Source: Octopus bimaculoides | Taxonomy: Eukaryota | Direction of reading: 5' to 3' | NCBI RefSeq assembly: GCF_001194135.2 | Contig: NC_068982.1 | Location: 180,092,856-180,148,219, forward strand | Length of the DNA stretch: 55,364 nt | In this document: piece by piece, positions 11,791 to 25,182 of the stretch | Position numbering within the stretch: position 1 is the first letter of the stretch | Layout: every line of letters starts with the position of its first letter | The notes under the pieces: generated by a model | Database searches by the model: none | What the model was told of the DNA's origin: nothing | What the model saw: the letters and a program-made list of their open reading frames with translations, nothing else | Program-made: the position numbers and the translations under genes

Positions 11791-12088
11791 ATATTTGTGT
11801 GTGTGTGTGTGGGGGAGTTTGCATTGTATTTTGTGTGTTTGTACCTCTGTGTGTGTTTCTGTGCGTGTTTGTTGTGGATGTGTACCTGAGGGGTAAGGGT
11901 AGGGGTATTGTGTTTATGTATCGGCAGCCCAAGTGTATTTTTTGAGTTGTTATGTTGAGTTGTGTTCTGTATTTTTGAATAAAGATGTTTTCCTTATTTA
12001 TCCGTGTTTGGTCAATGGTGCTGTCTGGGCACTGGGACAGTGGGAAAACTAAAGAATTTGTGCGTGTGTGTGAGTGTGTGTGTGATTG

Positions 12089-12122
<34 letters not shown>

Positions 12123-12616
12123 TGTAGACGATGATGCAGGTAAACAAATAAAATAGCTTGGGTCTAATATACAAAATATATATGCCTGTATAAATGTAAA
12201 TAGAGAGAGTGCAAAGACTGAAAATTTTCAGACGCTGAATATTTAAGTATAAATATATAGATATTTATATATTAGCAGAGGAATCTTACTCAGAGTACTA
12301 AGGCACAGAAAATCAAAGAGGAGAAGGTATGGTGTTACAAGTCCGACATCTGTTTCTTGGTGCTCGGAGTTACTTCATCATGATGGCAGGTGTAGTTCAT
12401 CAAAATATGCAACCAGTTATGGAAGCAAATAAACAGTGGATAGATCCGACCTCCGTTTTCAGGGTGAAGAGATCAGAAAATATGTATGTATGTATGTATG
12501 TATGTCATTATTCAATTTTATTTCAAGATTTCTTGCCAATAGAGAAAGAACTCTTTCTAACTTAGATCCAAGGCTCCTTCATTGGAATTTCAACATCAAT
12601 AGGGTATTTTTGTATG

Positions 12617-12650
<34 letters not shown>

Positions 12651-12735
12651 TGTATGTATGTATGTATGGATGGATGGATGGATGTATGCATGCATGTATG
12701 TATGTGTGTATGTAAGTGTATATATACATACATAT

Positions 12736-12772
<37 letters not shown>

Positions 12773-13639
12773 AATCTCAAGAGGTAAAATATTTGATCAT
12801 TATAAGAAAGAAAGCTTATTTTGATCTTGTTTGCTCTCGTCGGTTATTTATAACCATTTGATGCCTGTTCGGCTAGTGGGCATAGATAGTTTTGCTTTTA
12901 AAATAAGTTATTAAAATTTTGGCTAGTAATGCTTTTCATAGGAATATGGAAAGAAACAACTCGTGTACGCCGTGCCGTGACTTCAAAAATTCAGATAAAT
13001 GATATACTGTATAAGGAATGCAAAAAAAAAAAAAAAAAGAAAAAAAAAAGAAAAAAGAAAATTGAAGGAATTTGAATTTGCCTGAAAGATTGAGAAAGAA
13101 AAGACTGGCGGCTACTGTTAACAATTATCGAAAAACAGAAAAGATAATTAAAGAGTATTAAAATTAAATTTCCCAGAAAATCAAGTATGAATATTAATAA
13201 ATCCCATTCAAATAGATTTTCCATTCCTAAAACATAATCCCATCATACCCTCAAGTATGTTGAATACCTTCTGGGCAAAATGCTATATAGAAACTGTAAT
13301 AACAACCATAGAATGGATCGTACATAGATTTCGTACCGGCCAACTTTGTTAGCCACTGTGTTATGATGGTTTAACATGGCAATTACTCATTGCTAAAGTT
13401 GATGGAGGACTCAGTCCCTTTTATTTTCCTCGATGTGTATGTTTCTATACTTAAAGCTGCGGTATCGATCCATGTATGATGTGGAGACAGAGTCTGTAAT
13501 TTCACCCTAATGATATCTTGGATGAAATTTAACAATTTAAAAATTACAATTTCCTCTTAGCCAAAAACTGCTTCTCGGAGTTTTTGACTTCTTTTTGCTA
13601 AGATTAGAATGTACTTAGTTTGTTTACTATAATCATAAC

Positions 13640-14022
13640 GGAGGTGCAATGGCTCAGTGGTTAGGGCAGCGGACTCGCGGTCATAGGATCGCGGTTTCGA
13701 TTCCCAGACCGGGCGTTGTGAGTGTTTATCGAGCGAAAACACCTAAAGCTCCACGAGGCTCCGGCAGGGGATGGTGGCGAACCCTGCTGTACTCTTTCAC
13801 CACAACTTTCTCTCACTCTTTCTTCCTGCTTCTGTTGTACCTGTAATTCAAAGGGCCAGCCTTGTCACTCTGTGTCACGCTGAATATCCCCGAGAACTAC
13901 GTTAAGGGTACACGTGTCTGTGGAGTGCTCATCCACTTGCACGTTAATTTCACGAGCAGGCTGTTCCATTGATCGGATCAACTGGAGCCCTCGACGTCGT
14001 AAGCGACGGAGTGCCAACAACA
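13640..14022 (+). mobile_element. tRNA(Arg-like)-derived SINE family C (OR-type), full length
   Basis: GGAGGTGCAATGGCTCAGTGGTTAGGGCAGCGGACTCGCGG head, GTTTCGATTCCC B box, tail GGAGTGCCAACAAC; TSD ATAATCA(T/C)AAC at 13629-13639 and 14023-14033. The OR-type name is from recall. Confidence 0.85.
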
Positions 14023-14329
14023 ATAATCACAACACATATCCCTGTGCGCGCGCGTATACTTGCAAGTGTTTGGGTAGACGTTGATAGAGATTCTTACGAT
14101 GTAAGACTGAAAATACAATCGCATTCTAGAGTTACGCGAAGTTTAATTTACTTCTGGTTTGGTGTTGAAATAAGAAGGCTTGGACGCCTGACTAAGAGGC
14201 TTTTAGTAGAGTGATTTACAGATATTTTTCGGCTTGCCGTATAAAGTTACAGTTGCAGACATATTTCTAGCAAATCATTGGTCTATAAGTGAACGCACTA
14301 AATCACCAAGTAAACTTGGATAAGTTTCA

Positions 14330-14610
14330 TGACATTCTGAAAGCACAATGATATCCCCTCCCCCCGAATACAATTCCTTTGCACCAGCCAATGGATCAAC
14401 GTGTGATTGTTAACTTCAAGGCATATTATATGAGAATAACTTTTAACCATTCATGAAAGCAATTGACCGGGAAGATAAGCTTATGGTTAAGAGACTTCTG
14501 AAAGAAGTTGAACACAACGGATGTTATGGATAACATAGCAGGGTCACAGAGCGAAATGAAACCCTGAACTTTAAATTGTACTTGGAAAAATATATCGCTA
14601 AATTGTACTC
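14330..14610 (+). pseudogene. pogo/Tigger DDE transposase fragment
   Basis: LPPNTIPLHQPMDQRVIVNFKAYYMRITF..LRDF*KKLN..DNIA..TLNCTWKNI, matching the Tigger LPPNTTSLIQPMDQGVI..FK..Y motif. Confidence 0.85.
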
Positions 14611-14812
14611 GTGACTTTATAGGTTTTCCACAAGCAAAAATTTATATCGAATTCGGTAAGATAAAATTACAAGAGGAGTTTAGAAATTGTTGTTTCCATG
14701 ACATATTGGACTTGCACATGTGCATACAAATTTGTAAATTAACACACACGCTCACACATATGTGTGTAGACATGCATACTTGGATTCCCATGCATGTGTT
14801 TATTTGTAAACA

Positions 14813-14852
<40 letters not shown>

Positions 14853-15194
14853 GTAGATATGCAAAATACTCAGATATGCAAAAGAAAAATAAATACATCG
14901 CCTCAAATCATCATTCTGCAACACTTCCATAACTCACTGAACAGAACCTCATAATCATAGATGCACATACACACTTTGAGCATCACCTATTAAGATATTC
15001 ATGAATATGACATTTTACTGTCTTATTTTTTTCTGCTATTCTCTGTTCATCGCTAATTTTATTCACATATTCAGTCATATATTTATTCCTACCTTGAATT
15101 TGTTAGAGTAAGTAAAAAATAGTAAAGTTACCTTCTCGCGTCATACCAACTAACAAGAACCGGTTTCCCGGTTACATGGCGTATATATTCGCTA

Positions 15195-15343
15195 CGTGGA
15201 CGTGACGCCGGCCCGTCGCAGGATTACACCCTTTTGCTAGCTGAGTGAACTGGAGCGACATGAAATGAAGTTTTTCGTCCGGGAATCGAAACCATAAGCT
15301 TACGATCATAAGTCCAACATACCTAATCACTAAGTCACGCGCC
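15195..15343 (-). mobile_element. Degenerate tRNA-derived SINE with V-domain-like motif
   Basis: Minus strand GGCGCGTGACTTAGTGATTAG..GGTTTCGATTCCCGG head and GTAATCCTGCGACGGGCCGGCGTCACGTCCA. Confidence 0.6.
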
Positions 15344-16568
15344 CCACTATATCTAAGAGCATCTCTACTTACCAACTCCTGCTCTATTGCAACATTCAAG
15401 CATATTCCATTGCCCAGATTTCAAACCCCAATCGTCTTCCTTTGTTAATTCAAATAATTATTTCCAAAATGTTCTTGCCTGATAGTAATATAACCCAATT
15501 ACAAACCATGGCAATCGCCAACCTATTCAAACATATACACATACTTACCACAGCGGTCTTATTAACAACCCAACAACTCTGTGATATTACAAACTCTTAA
15601 TTCCAGCCAATTACTAAACCCTTTAACTACAATTTTCTTCAGGCATATTACTGTTCTTTACAAATGTAAAAAAATAAGCTTGTAAAATACACCACTCTGA
15701 AAATTCAAACGATGAAACTGACAGTACAGTATACATAGAGTTCAGGTGAAATTGCGTCTAATGGTATATGGTAATAGGTATATACAATACTTGCTCAGGC
15801 TGATTTATTATCTTAAATTCCGTTTTGAACTTGGAAAAAAGCAAAATGAAACAACAACCACAAAGGTCGGTGTTGTGGCTGTCTAGCAATGAATGGGTAA
15901 AAGCGGTTTATCATTGAGTAGGTACATGCACTGTTGAAAGAAAGAATGAACAGGCAAACAACCGGTATCATTTTAAAGCATAGAGTTTATATATTTAAAC
16001 TTAATTGTTGAGTTGTTACACTAAAGATGTTAGAATAAAGTATATCGTAAGGAATAAGGGAGTAAGTAGGTGTGCAGAAATCTCTCACAACTGTTTCCCA
16101 AAGAGATGCGCACATGGGTTATTTCTCAGCGAACAACGATAAGCAATCCATGTAGTAGTGAACTATTCCATCAACAGAAAGGAAAAATGTGGTAGATCTT
16201 TAGTAAAGGATTTTAGCTCCATCGTCGAATAGAGAGTAATGTTGATCATTAGTGGAATTATTTTGCGAATTATAAAGGAGTGTAGAAAGAAAATATAGGG
16301 TCATGAATGTATGAGGATAGATAGAGACTAACTCTCATAGCAAGTGATAAACATATACAATTTAAGAGTTCAGAGAGGATGTTCTTGAAACCGAGAACTC
16401 ATGGGGACAATATTTACATATCACCTGAGGAAACACAACTAGATCTCATAATGCAGGGAAACGATTGCATAATGAAGAACTGGAGAACTATGGTGCGTGG
16501 AAACAATTGTAGTGAATAAATAAATGTCCAATTGTACTTCTTGCTAGCTTCACTGTTTTGTGAATTCT

Positions 16569-16572
<4 letters not shown>

Positions 16573-16641
<69 letters not shown>
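16573..16641. repeat. (TA)n microsatellite
   Basis: Direct reading. Confidence 0.95.
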
Positions 16642-16644
<3 letters not shown>

Positions 16645-16867
16645 AACCCAAGTTGGTATATTAAATTCATTTCTCCGCATAATTGCCTCCATATGTGTTC
16701 ACCTTAATTCGTCTTATAGCCACGGAATTAGTCCCTTGTAAAGACACCGAACTTTAAATTCTACTCATTTTAGTGACACCAAGTGTTTTGTATACGATGA
16801 ATCCATGGATCTCATCTGTTGACCACACACACACACACACACACACATGTATATATATGTGCATGTA

Positions 16868-17215
16868 TGGGTACAGGACGTCACAAAACATAAACAACAT
16901 GAAATACGAAACCGACATGGATTACGAAATACGAAAATAGCATGAAATAAGAAGCAAACCTGGGTATGCGGACAACGAGAGAAACAAATGGAAAACAAGA
17001 CATAAAGAACGACCTTTCATCAGTTGTCGGCTGTTTATCTACTCCACATTTCGAGCAATTCACGACAATATGTCTTCGAGAAACAGTTACTCTCGCGAAC
17101 CAAAATAAATTCGGGATTTGGGGAGGGTCAAAGTTGGTAACAAAAACAGGACATACAAATCAAACGAAACAAAAGCAAACAGAGAGGGCCGTTAGGCCAG
17201 ACAAGGTAAGGTGAT
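16868..17215 (-). mobile_element. Penelope-like non-coding repeat, related to 24436-24800
   Basis: Shared GTACAGGAC(G/A)TCAC boundary, same internal layout, and GAAA..GTA..CTGANGA motif cluster at 17017-17086. Confidence 0.55.
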
Positions 17216-17225
17216 ATATGCATAT

Positions 17226-17719
17226 CTCTTTTACTCTTTTACTCTTTTACTCTTTTACTCTTTTATTTGTTTCAGTCATTTGACTGCGGCCATACTGGAG
17301 CACCGCTTTTAGTCGAGCAAATCGACCCCAGGACTTATTCTTTGTAAGCCTAGTACTTATTCAATCAATNNNNNNNNNNTTTTAGTCGAGCAAATCGACC
17401 CCAGGACTTATTCTTTGTAAGCCTAGTACTTATTCAATCAATCTCTTTTGCCGAACCGCTACGTTACGGGGACGTAAACACACCAGCATCAGTTGTCAAG
17501 CGATGTTGGGGGGACAGACACAGGCATACACACATAAATACATATACATATATACGACGGTCTTCTTTCAGTTTCCGTCTACCAAATCCACTCACAAGGC
17601 TTTGGTCGGCCCGAGGCTATAGTAGAAGACACTTGTCCAAGATGCCACGCAGTGGGACTGAACCCGGAACCATGTGGTTGGTAAGCAAGTTACTTACCAC
17701 ACAGCCACTCCTACGCCTA
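17226..17719 (-). mobile_element. SINE family B, full length, (GAGTAAAA)n tail
   Basis: Head TAGGCGTAGGAGTGGCTGTGTGGTAAG, CORE-like motif, internal microsatellite, 3' GGTGCTCCAGTATGGCCGCAGTCAAATGACTGAAAC; ~60 bp counted twice across the 10-N gap. Confidence 0.92.
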
Positions 17720-17770
17720 TATGTATATATATTTATTTCATATATGTATATTTATATGTATATATATATC

Positions 17771-17830
<60 letters not shown>

Positions 17831-19371
17831 AAGGAATGTGAAATGCTAAAATGGATAGGAAAAGCGAAGTTCGGTGGTTATGTATGACGAAAACCATATG
17901 AATAATGGTAAAGACCATTTTATTGTAACAACTCAGCAATTAAGTTTAAATATATAAATCCTGTACTCTGAACTAACACTGGTTGTTTGTGCGCTCATCC
18001 TTTTTTCTACTGTACAACCACACGCACATACACACACATATGTACGTACGCACGTACATACAAACATACATGCATACTTACATACATACACAATACATAC
18101 ATTGTATACATACATTGTATGTGTTAGAAAATCGGCAACCGCATACGTAGATTAAATGATAGATTGATTAATAGAAAAATAGATTGATTAAAAGATATCT
18201 GGGAAGATGCATTCACAATTAGATTGCTGGACAGGCTGACAAAAAGATTGATTGATAAATTTATTTACAATGAAATATTAAATTATCCACCTGACAAATA
18301 TCATCTTCTGTCAGCTATCCTGCTGTTGAAATATATTTATAACGCACATATGCTTATAATCACATGTATGCAAACATAGACATAACCCTACAGATATATC
18401 CACGTATGAGTGTGTGTTTGTGTGTGTGTTTGTGCGTGCGTGTGTGTGTATGTTTGTGTGTATTAATGTTATTAGTGTGTGTATGTGTGCGTGTGAGTGT
18501 GTATGTATATATGCAAGTATGTATATGTATGTATCTTTGTATGTACGTACGTATATATATATATATGTATGTATGTATGTATGCATGGCTGTGTATACAC
18601 TTAATGTGATATGCAATGCAAATTTAGCGAAAATAAATTTGTAGAAGGAAATTAATACCTTAGTGAAATTACTTTTGAGCAAATATAAATATTCTATATA
18701 CATCTTGATATTTCTCCCTTAGGATAGCTATTGAAATGAAAGTGTAAATAAGATCGCTGCCTATTCAAAAGGTCCTTAAACTTTAATTATAACAACTATC
18801 AAAATGGCCGATGTAACTTGATTAGTAAAGAATATTTATACCTGCAAAAATAGGAATCTCACTGATATACGTCGGTATTAATTTCATTGCTCTGAGTTTG
18901 CTTGCACTAAATTAGTATCACAACATCACAGCCAGTACTCATATAGCTTATATCTTTGAATTTCTAGAGCTTAGAACTTAGAAAACGCTCATTATCATTT
19001 CATTCCTTCGGTCTCTGCTTAGCCATCTTTTTTTTTCCAATCCTTTTTACCCATATGTTCTTACTCTTATCTACTCCTCATTAATTTTGACTGTTTAGTC
19101 TAATTTTGTTCAATGATATTTTGGTTGTTAGCTTCAGACGCCTTTTTACAGATATAGTAGCTACTGATGAAATGTTGCTATAGATACAGTAGCCGTATCT
19201 TGAGTGACCTAGAAATGATCTATAGAACAGTACTAATGAATACAATTGATAACTATATTATGCGAATGGATTATGACCTTCAGATCACGTACCATTAATT
19301 GAGTTCTACTCTAAAAAATGGCCAACTTCATATGTAAATCAATCTACCTTACATTGTGAGAGTGTGTAAGT

Positions 19372-19372
19372 A

Positions 19373-19445
<73 letters not shown>

Positions 19446-19530
19446 GTCTCTATCCATCTATCTGTCTGTCTGTCTGCCTATCTGCCCGTATGCCTGTCTG
19501 TGTGTCTGCCAGTCTCTTTCTATCTCTCTC
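19372..19530. repeat. (TCTA)n/(TCTG)n microsatellite
   Basis: Direct reading. Confidence 0.95.
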
Positions 19531-19589
19531 TATCGATCTACTGGTAGCATGTAAACTACTACAGACCTGTCGCATGGTCTGGCCGTTGG

Positions 19590-20230
19590 CAGTTAAACGA
19601 GCAGCCTTACCAAATCAGCTTGGTAAGGAGGGTGGTTTTTGTTGGACATTCTACGCGATGAGAGGCAAAGATCTACTAAAATATGGATGAACTTTGTTGA
19701 ATCAACAGTCATCCATCAGCTAAACAACCACCGGGAGTGATGGAACCCTAGATATTATCACAGCATCCTTCTAAAAGAGGGGCTCTCTGATGTGAAACCT
19801 ACGGTTTCACGTGATTACTGGTCATCTCGCTTTGGTCTATCAGTCGGTACAAATCACATAATCTCAGAGAGTAGTAATCGTGTTATACGAGAGTTTATCA
19901 TTATATTCCAATAACCGACAGATGTCTCTTTATGGAGGCTCTATTTGTCAGTCCATCCATAGAAAACGCGATGGAAGAGTAGTAACGTGTGCAGATCTAA
20001 CCGGTGAGAAAGTTCAACTTTAGGTCAAAGACGTTTGAAACTTTGATAGGAGAATTGATCCCACAAAGTAACCTGATCATTCCGGTGAAAGCTGTAACTT
20101 TTGCCTGACGTTTGTGCTTCAGACCTTGCAGATCTGCAGCGGAACTGAACAGTCATCTTAAAGGTCATGGATAGAAAGTCAGAAATGCCATTGACAACGA
20201 AGAAGCACCTGGGGAGGTAACCATCTGTGA
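19590..20230 (+). pseudogene. RTE-clade LINE 3' fragment (RT C-terminus and terminal Zn-finger)
   Basis: Degenerate WTFYAMRGKDL, TGHL, and terminal LCFRPCRSAAELNSHLKGH resembling the RTE C-terminal C2H2-like motif; multiple frameshifts. Confidence 0.65.
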
Positions 20231-20401
20231 AGATGCAGAAATCACTTTGCGCGCGTGCCGTGTGTATAGGTGTGTGTTTGTGGACCCCTCAACTCCAGAG
20301 GGAATCGTTGAGGCAATGTCGTCATATACAATTTGTCTTGAACATGTTTAGGTCTGGCGGGTTATGTCCCTTTCCAGGATTGTCCATAGCTGATTTCTTC
20401 C

Positions 20402-20433
<32 letters not shown>

Positions 20434-20451
20434 GGAGATCTNNNNNNNNNN

Positions 20452-20503
<52 letters not shown>

Positions 20504-21774
20504 TCTTCAGCTGTTCAGCTTTGGCTTCCAGTTTGTCAGAACGAATGCATGTACTTTAAAATGTAACATATTTCATAATTGCAGTTTATAAAAATTAAAT
20601 GAATCATGAGAACCAAACTACAAATTTGTTTTCCAATTCATTTTACTCACTTTCATTATTAGATTTTATTCATATTTAATAATTCGACAAAATATGCCTT
20701 TCTCGTAGTTTGAAAAGTGACTGCAAGACTAGATTTTGCTCTGATGTAAATAAAATATTGAGTGTACTGTTATGAAGCAGAGAAGAAAAAAGCATTGTCC
20801 AACTAATGGGAATATTATTTCATAAGTATACAATAGAACGTGTGTGGACAACTAATGAAATCATTTACAAAGATTACTCTCGGATAAAAATTTCCAAGTT
20901 GTGCGTATGGTCATTAGTCTAGTATGGTCATTAGTCTAGTTAGTTGGCTGTATGCCATGTAACATAATCTCAAAGATAGTCAAGAAGATTCTGGCTTCAA
21001 TTAATCGAGGATTAATTTGTAAAATACAAATATAAGACAGTTATTGGAACTGCTAAAATATAACAACCATTCCAGAAATTTAGTTTCTGATTGAAAAATA
21101 TAGTAATAATAATCATTTTTAAGCAACATAGTTCAAGGCTACCATATATATAAATACATATAAGCACACAGCTCATGGCACACATATATACATAGCTCAG
21201 TGTATTTCCAGATAAGCGAAAAGGTACAGCATGTGCTAGTTCTATTTGAAGTTGATCATGTGGTTTTACTGAGCTAATGTTTAAATTCTAATGTGGAACC
21301 TTACTGTTTTCTCTGGAAACCTGGTCTTTGTTTATTGGAAGAATTTAAAGAAAAAAATTACAGTGAAAAGCAATTATAAACTCACATTGCGATGGATGTC
21401 TGAACAAAGAGTGAATGGACATACTCACTGAATTATTTAAGAGAAATAGCTAAACACAATTTGTCATCACACACACACACACACACACACGTACGCACGC
21501 ACACACACACTCACGCACTCACGCACTGCTGTCCTCTGCATCAACCTTGTTTTCTTGTTTTCTTCACGCTCAATATCTCCCTTCACTTCCAAACAGACCC
21601 AACCGTTAATTGTTGGAATTATTTTCCCTGAACAGTTTCTCTAATTACACGTAAACCTCTCAGATGGCCTGCAATATTACGACAGCTCTAATGAACGACT
21701 CAATGCTCGTTGCATCAGTACAGTGTTTAGAGATTAACAAGTAATAGATTTGTATCGAGAGATGGAGACAGAGA

Positions 21775-21819
21775 TAGATAGATGGTTGCAGAGGGAGAGA
21801 GAAAGAGAAAAAAAGATAG

Positions 21820-21889
<70 letters not shown>

Positions 21890-21890
21890 T
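21775..21890. repeat. (GA)n microsatellite
   Basis: Direct reading. Confidence 0.9.
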
Positions 21891-22267
21891 GGAGCGGGGT
21901 GGTGAGATGGAGAAACATTGTATAAAGAGGAAAATTTAATGAAGTGTTGCGGATGATTCTGAAAATTTACAGCTGCTGTTTGGTTCCTCGAAGAGAAAAT
22001 AATCGAAGAAAGCAATTTTTTCTCTTTTATATTATATTTTGCCACTTTTTCGGAATTTTTTTTTTGTCACTTTGCCAGCCCAAAATTAAAATGTTACCTT
22101 TTGTTAAAGAGATTGTGGAGGTTGGTGGAGAAAATTAATGAGAAGTTTTGACAAAACCAACTAATTCGCACATCATCCTTGCTGTCCTTTCTTTTCTTCC
22201 TCCCTGCCCTCTTTCTTCCTCTTATCTTACTCTTTCTAGCCTACAACCGTCATTACAATGTAGGCAA

Positions 22268-22428
<161 letters not shown>

Positions 22429-22429
22429 T

Positions 22430-22670
22430 TAAGGCGGCGAGCTGGCAGAATCGTTAGCACGCTGGACGAAATGCTTAGCGGTATTTTGCCCGTCGCTACG
22501 TTCTGAGTTCAAATTCCGCTGCGGTCGACTTTGCCTTTCATCCTTTCGGGGTCGATAAATTAAGTACCAGTGAAACCCTGGGGTCGATGAAATCGACTAG
22601 TCCCCTCCCCCCAAATTTCACCCCTTGTGCCTTTAGTAGAAAGAATTATTATTATTATTATTATTATTAT
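22430..22670 (+). mobile_element. SINE family A with (TTA)n tail
   Basis: Full head, Meta-like core, GCCTTTAGTAGAAAGAATTATT tail. Confidence 0.9.
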
Positions 22671-22911
22671 AGTAGCATTGATTGGCAGAGTCAGTAGAGT
22701 AACATTTTGTTACATCTCATTACTTTCTAAGTTCCATTTACACCAACGTCAACACTGCTTGTGATTTTTCCAGAATCGTTTAGAACCAGTGCAATGCAGG
22801 GTTCAGTATAACCGATAACAGCTTTTCACCCCCAAAATGCGTGCTCGTCTGCCTTTTAGAAGCAGTAATTATGTTTCACATTTTGGTTCAAAGTTAACAA
22901 GTTCGCGTTAG

Positions 22912-23075
22912 CGGGGCTGTCGACTACATCAAATTCAGTACTTATTTTATAGACACCTAAAAGGATGAAAGCCAAAGTCAACATCGGCGGAAATTGAACT
23001 CAGAACGTAAAGACGGACGAAATACCGCTAAGCATTTTGTCCGCCATGCTAACAATTTTGCCAGCTCGTCGCCTA
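22912..23075 (-). mobile_element. SINE family A, diverged
   Basis: Reverse complement of head and core (GAACTCAGAACGTAAAG..ATACCGCTAAGCATTT..CCAGCTCGTCGCC on +). Confidence 0.85.
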
Positions 23076-23281
23076 AGAAGCAATAATTATTATCAACAGA
23101 TTTCCCAATCCCACGCACTAACTTGAAAGACATGCGATATATCAAACTGAGGCACGTTTCTGGCAATCTAAAATCATATGCGCTTTCATATTCAGCTGAT
23201 ATTTATTCCATCAGTATCGAAACTAATATTTTGGAAAAATGATTTTAAAGAATTCGGCAAATCATTATGCGTAGTATATTG

Positions 23282-23500
23282 TAAGGCGGTGAGCTAGCAG
23301 GATCATTAGTATGCCGGGCAAAATGCTTAGCGGTATTTCGTCCGGTTTTACGTTCTAAGTTCAAATGCCGCCGGGATCGAATTTGCCTTTCGTCCTTTCG
23401 CAGTCTATAAAATAAGTGCTAATTGGACATTGGGGTCGATCTAATCGACTTAACCCTCTCCCAAACTTTCTGGCCCTGAGTCAAAATTTGAAATTGTTAT
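23282..23500 (+). mobile_element. SINE family A, diverged
   Basis: TAAGGCGGTGAGCTAGCAGG head; GGGGTCGATCTAATCGACTT. Confidence 0.85.
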
Positions 23501-24311
23501 TATGTTTAATATGTTGCCAGTCTTGGGTAAGTTGTATAAAAATATGGATCATGGATCCGAATATCTATCAGGAAAGATAGAAAATGTATTAATCCAAGAT
23601 AACTTTTTAGAAGTAAATATTTAAAACGTATATTTTCGCATATTTAACATGCAAGGGCACCAGCTTGGCCATATCACAAATTTAAGATAATTTAAGGAAA
23701 TTTATAGCAGAATATATTTTCAGGCACTTGTAGATGTTTTCTATAAGAAAGAGACAATCAGATTCCTATTACAAGCGATCTGCTTAGTTGTATTCTGTGT
23801 ACTCTTGAGATAATTTTCTTCGCTGGACCAATATATTCAAATGTAAACCTTATTCCATGAATAAAGATTAGGGAAAAATTGCTCAATACAATTGTATAAA
23901 ACGATAAAAAATATCAACAAATCACAATGAAAGAGATATTGTCACATTCCTTAACGAAATGTGTTCACATCAAGTTTAGACGTGACTATTTCATCCAGGA
24001 TGAGCCATTGTCGAGTAATTGCATTCTAGAATGGCATACGATCCTAAAGACACTTTCACACACACACATATGCAGACATCATTGTCACACACACACGGAT
24101 GTATATGTATAATTCATATATTGTGTGAGTGTGTGTGTTCTTATTTATACATGTATATGCATGCACAATGTAATCTGTGGTTTATTTCTTCATTATAACA
24201 AGGCAAAATAATGTTTCATGTAACTTTAACATGTTGAGTCTAACCGGGTTTGATTCAACAGACAGAAACACCACAGTAAATACGTGCATACATATATACA
24301 TACATACATAC

Positions 24312-24349
<38 letters not shown>

Positions 24350-24435
24350 ATAACATAAATAATATATAAATATATGCATATATCCATGCATATATGTACA
24401 TACCTACATCTATATGTATACATACAAGCATATAT

Positions 24436-24800
24436 GGGTACAGGACATCACAAAAAACGTTAAACGCAATGAGAAACGAAAACATAAAGACGAAGACAGA
24501 AAACGAACTATTTTCGAAAAACGAAAAAACAAACAGAGAAACGAGACATGCAACATCAAGAATATTTCCCTTCTTCAGTTGTCCCTGTTCCATCTACTCC
24601 GCGTTTCGAAGGCAAGAACAATACGCAAACTTCGTTGGAACAGTCCTTCCCGCAAAGCAAATTAATTAAATTTGGAATATTTTGCGGAGGGTGAAAGTGT
24701 AAACAAGAAAGAACAGGACAGTGAGAACAAGATAGTAAAAGACTGTAAAAACAAGACAGAACAGTGAAAACAAACGGTCAGGGCTATTAGGCCAAGACGA
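24436..24800 (-). mobile_element. Penelope-like non-coding repeat, related to 16868-17215
   Basis: Same layout; motif CTGTTCCAAC..TTCGAAACGCGGAGTAGATGGAACAG..CTGAAGA at 24572-24643. Confidence 0.55.
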
Positions 24801-25012
24801 TAGAAAAATTATTATTTTGAACGCGAAGTTAGATGTGAATGAGAGACAAAAATAATCCACGTCTTCTCTATAGGAAGGCAGAAAGTAGAAAGAAAGAATC
24901 CCTTTCATCGCGTGTCCGCGACGAGAGGGTCAAGGAGGAGGGATGAGAGAGGGGGAACGGTGAAAGGAAGAGAAGAATAGAGGAGGGTTGGGAGAGAAAA
25001 TATATATATATA

Positions 25013-25182
25013 TATCTTTTATCTTTTACATGTTTCAAACCACCTTGAAGAATTTTTAGTCGAATGGATCAACCCCAGTACTTATTCTTGTGTTAGACCT
25101 GGTACTTATTCTAACAGTCTCTTGTCGAACCACTAAGTTAGGGGGTCTAAAACACACCAGCACCAGCTGTCCAGCAGCAGTG
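25013..25182 (-). mobile_element. SINE family B 3' portion, cut by gap
   Basis: (TCTTTTA)n tail, TTTAGTCGAA..ACCCCAGTACTTATTC, ACACACCAGCA. Confidence 0.7.

Noticed and set aside
12942-13010. Possible exon IWKETTRVRRAVTSK with furin-like site after a good acceptor
   Set aside because: No convincing donor and no phase-compatible neighbour found; may be chance.
13640-13712. tRNA genes (also 31677, 34278, 55203 and family A heads)
   Set aside because: A/B boxes are present but there is no complete cloverleaf, and each continues into a SINE body with tail or TSD.
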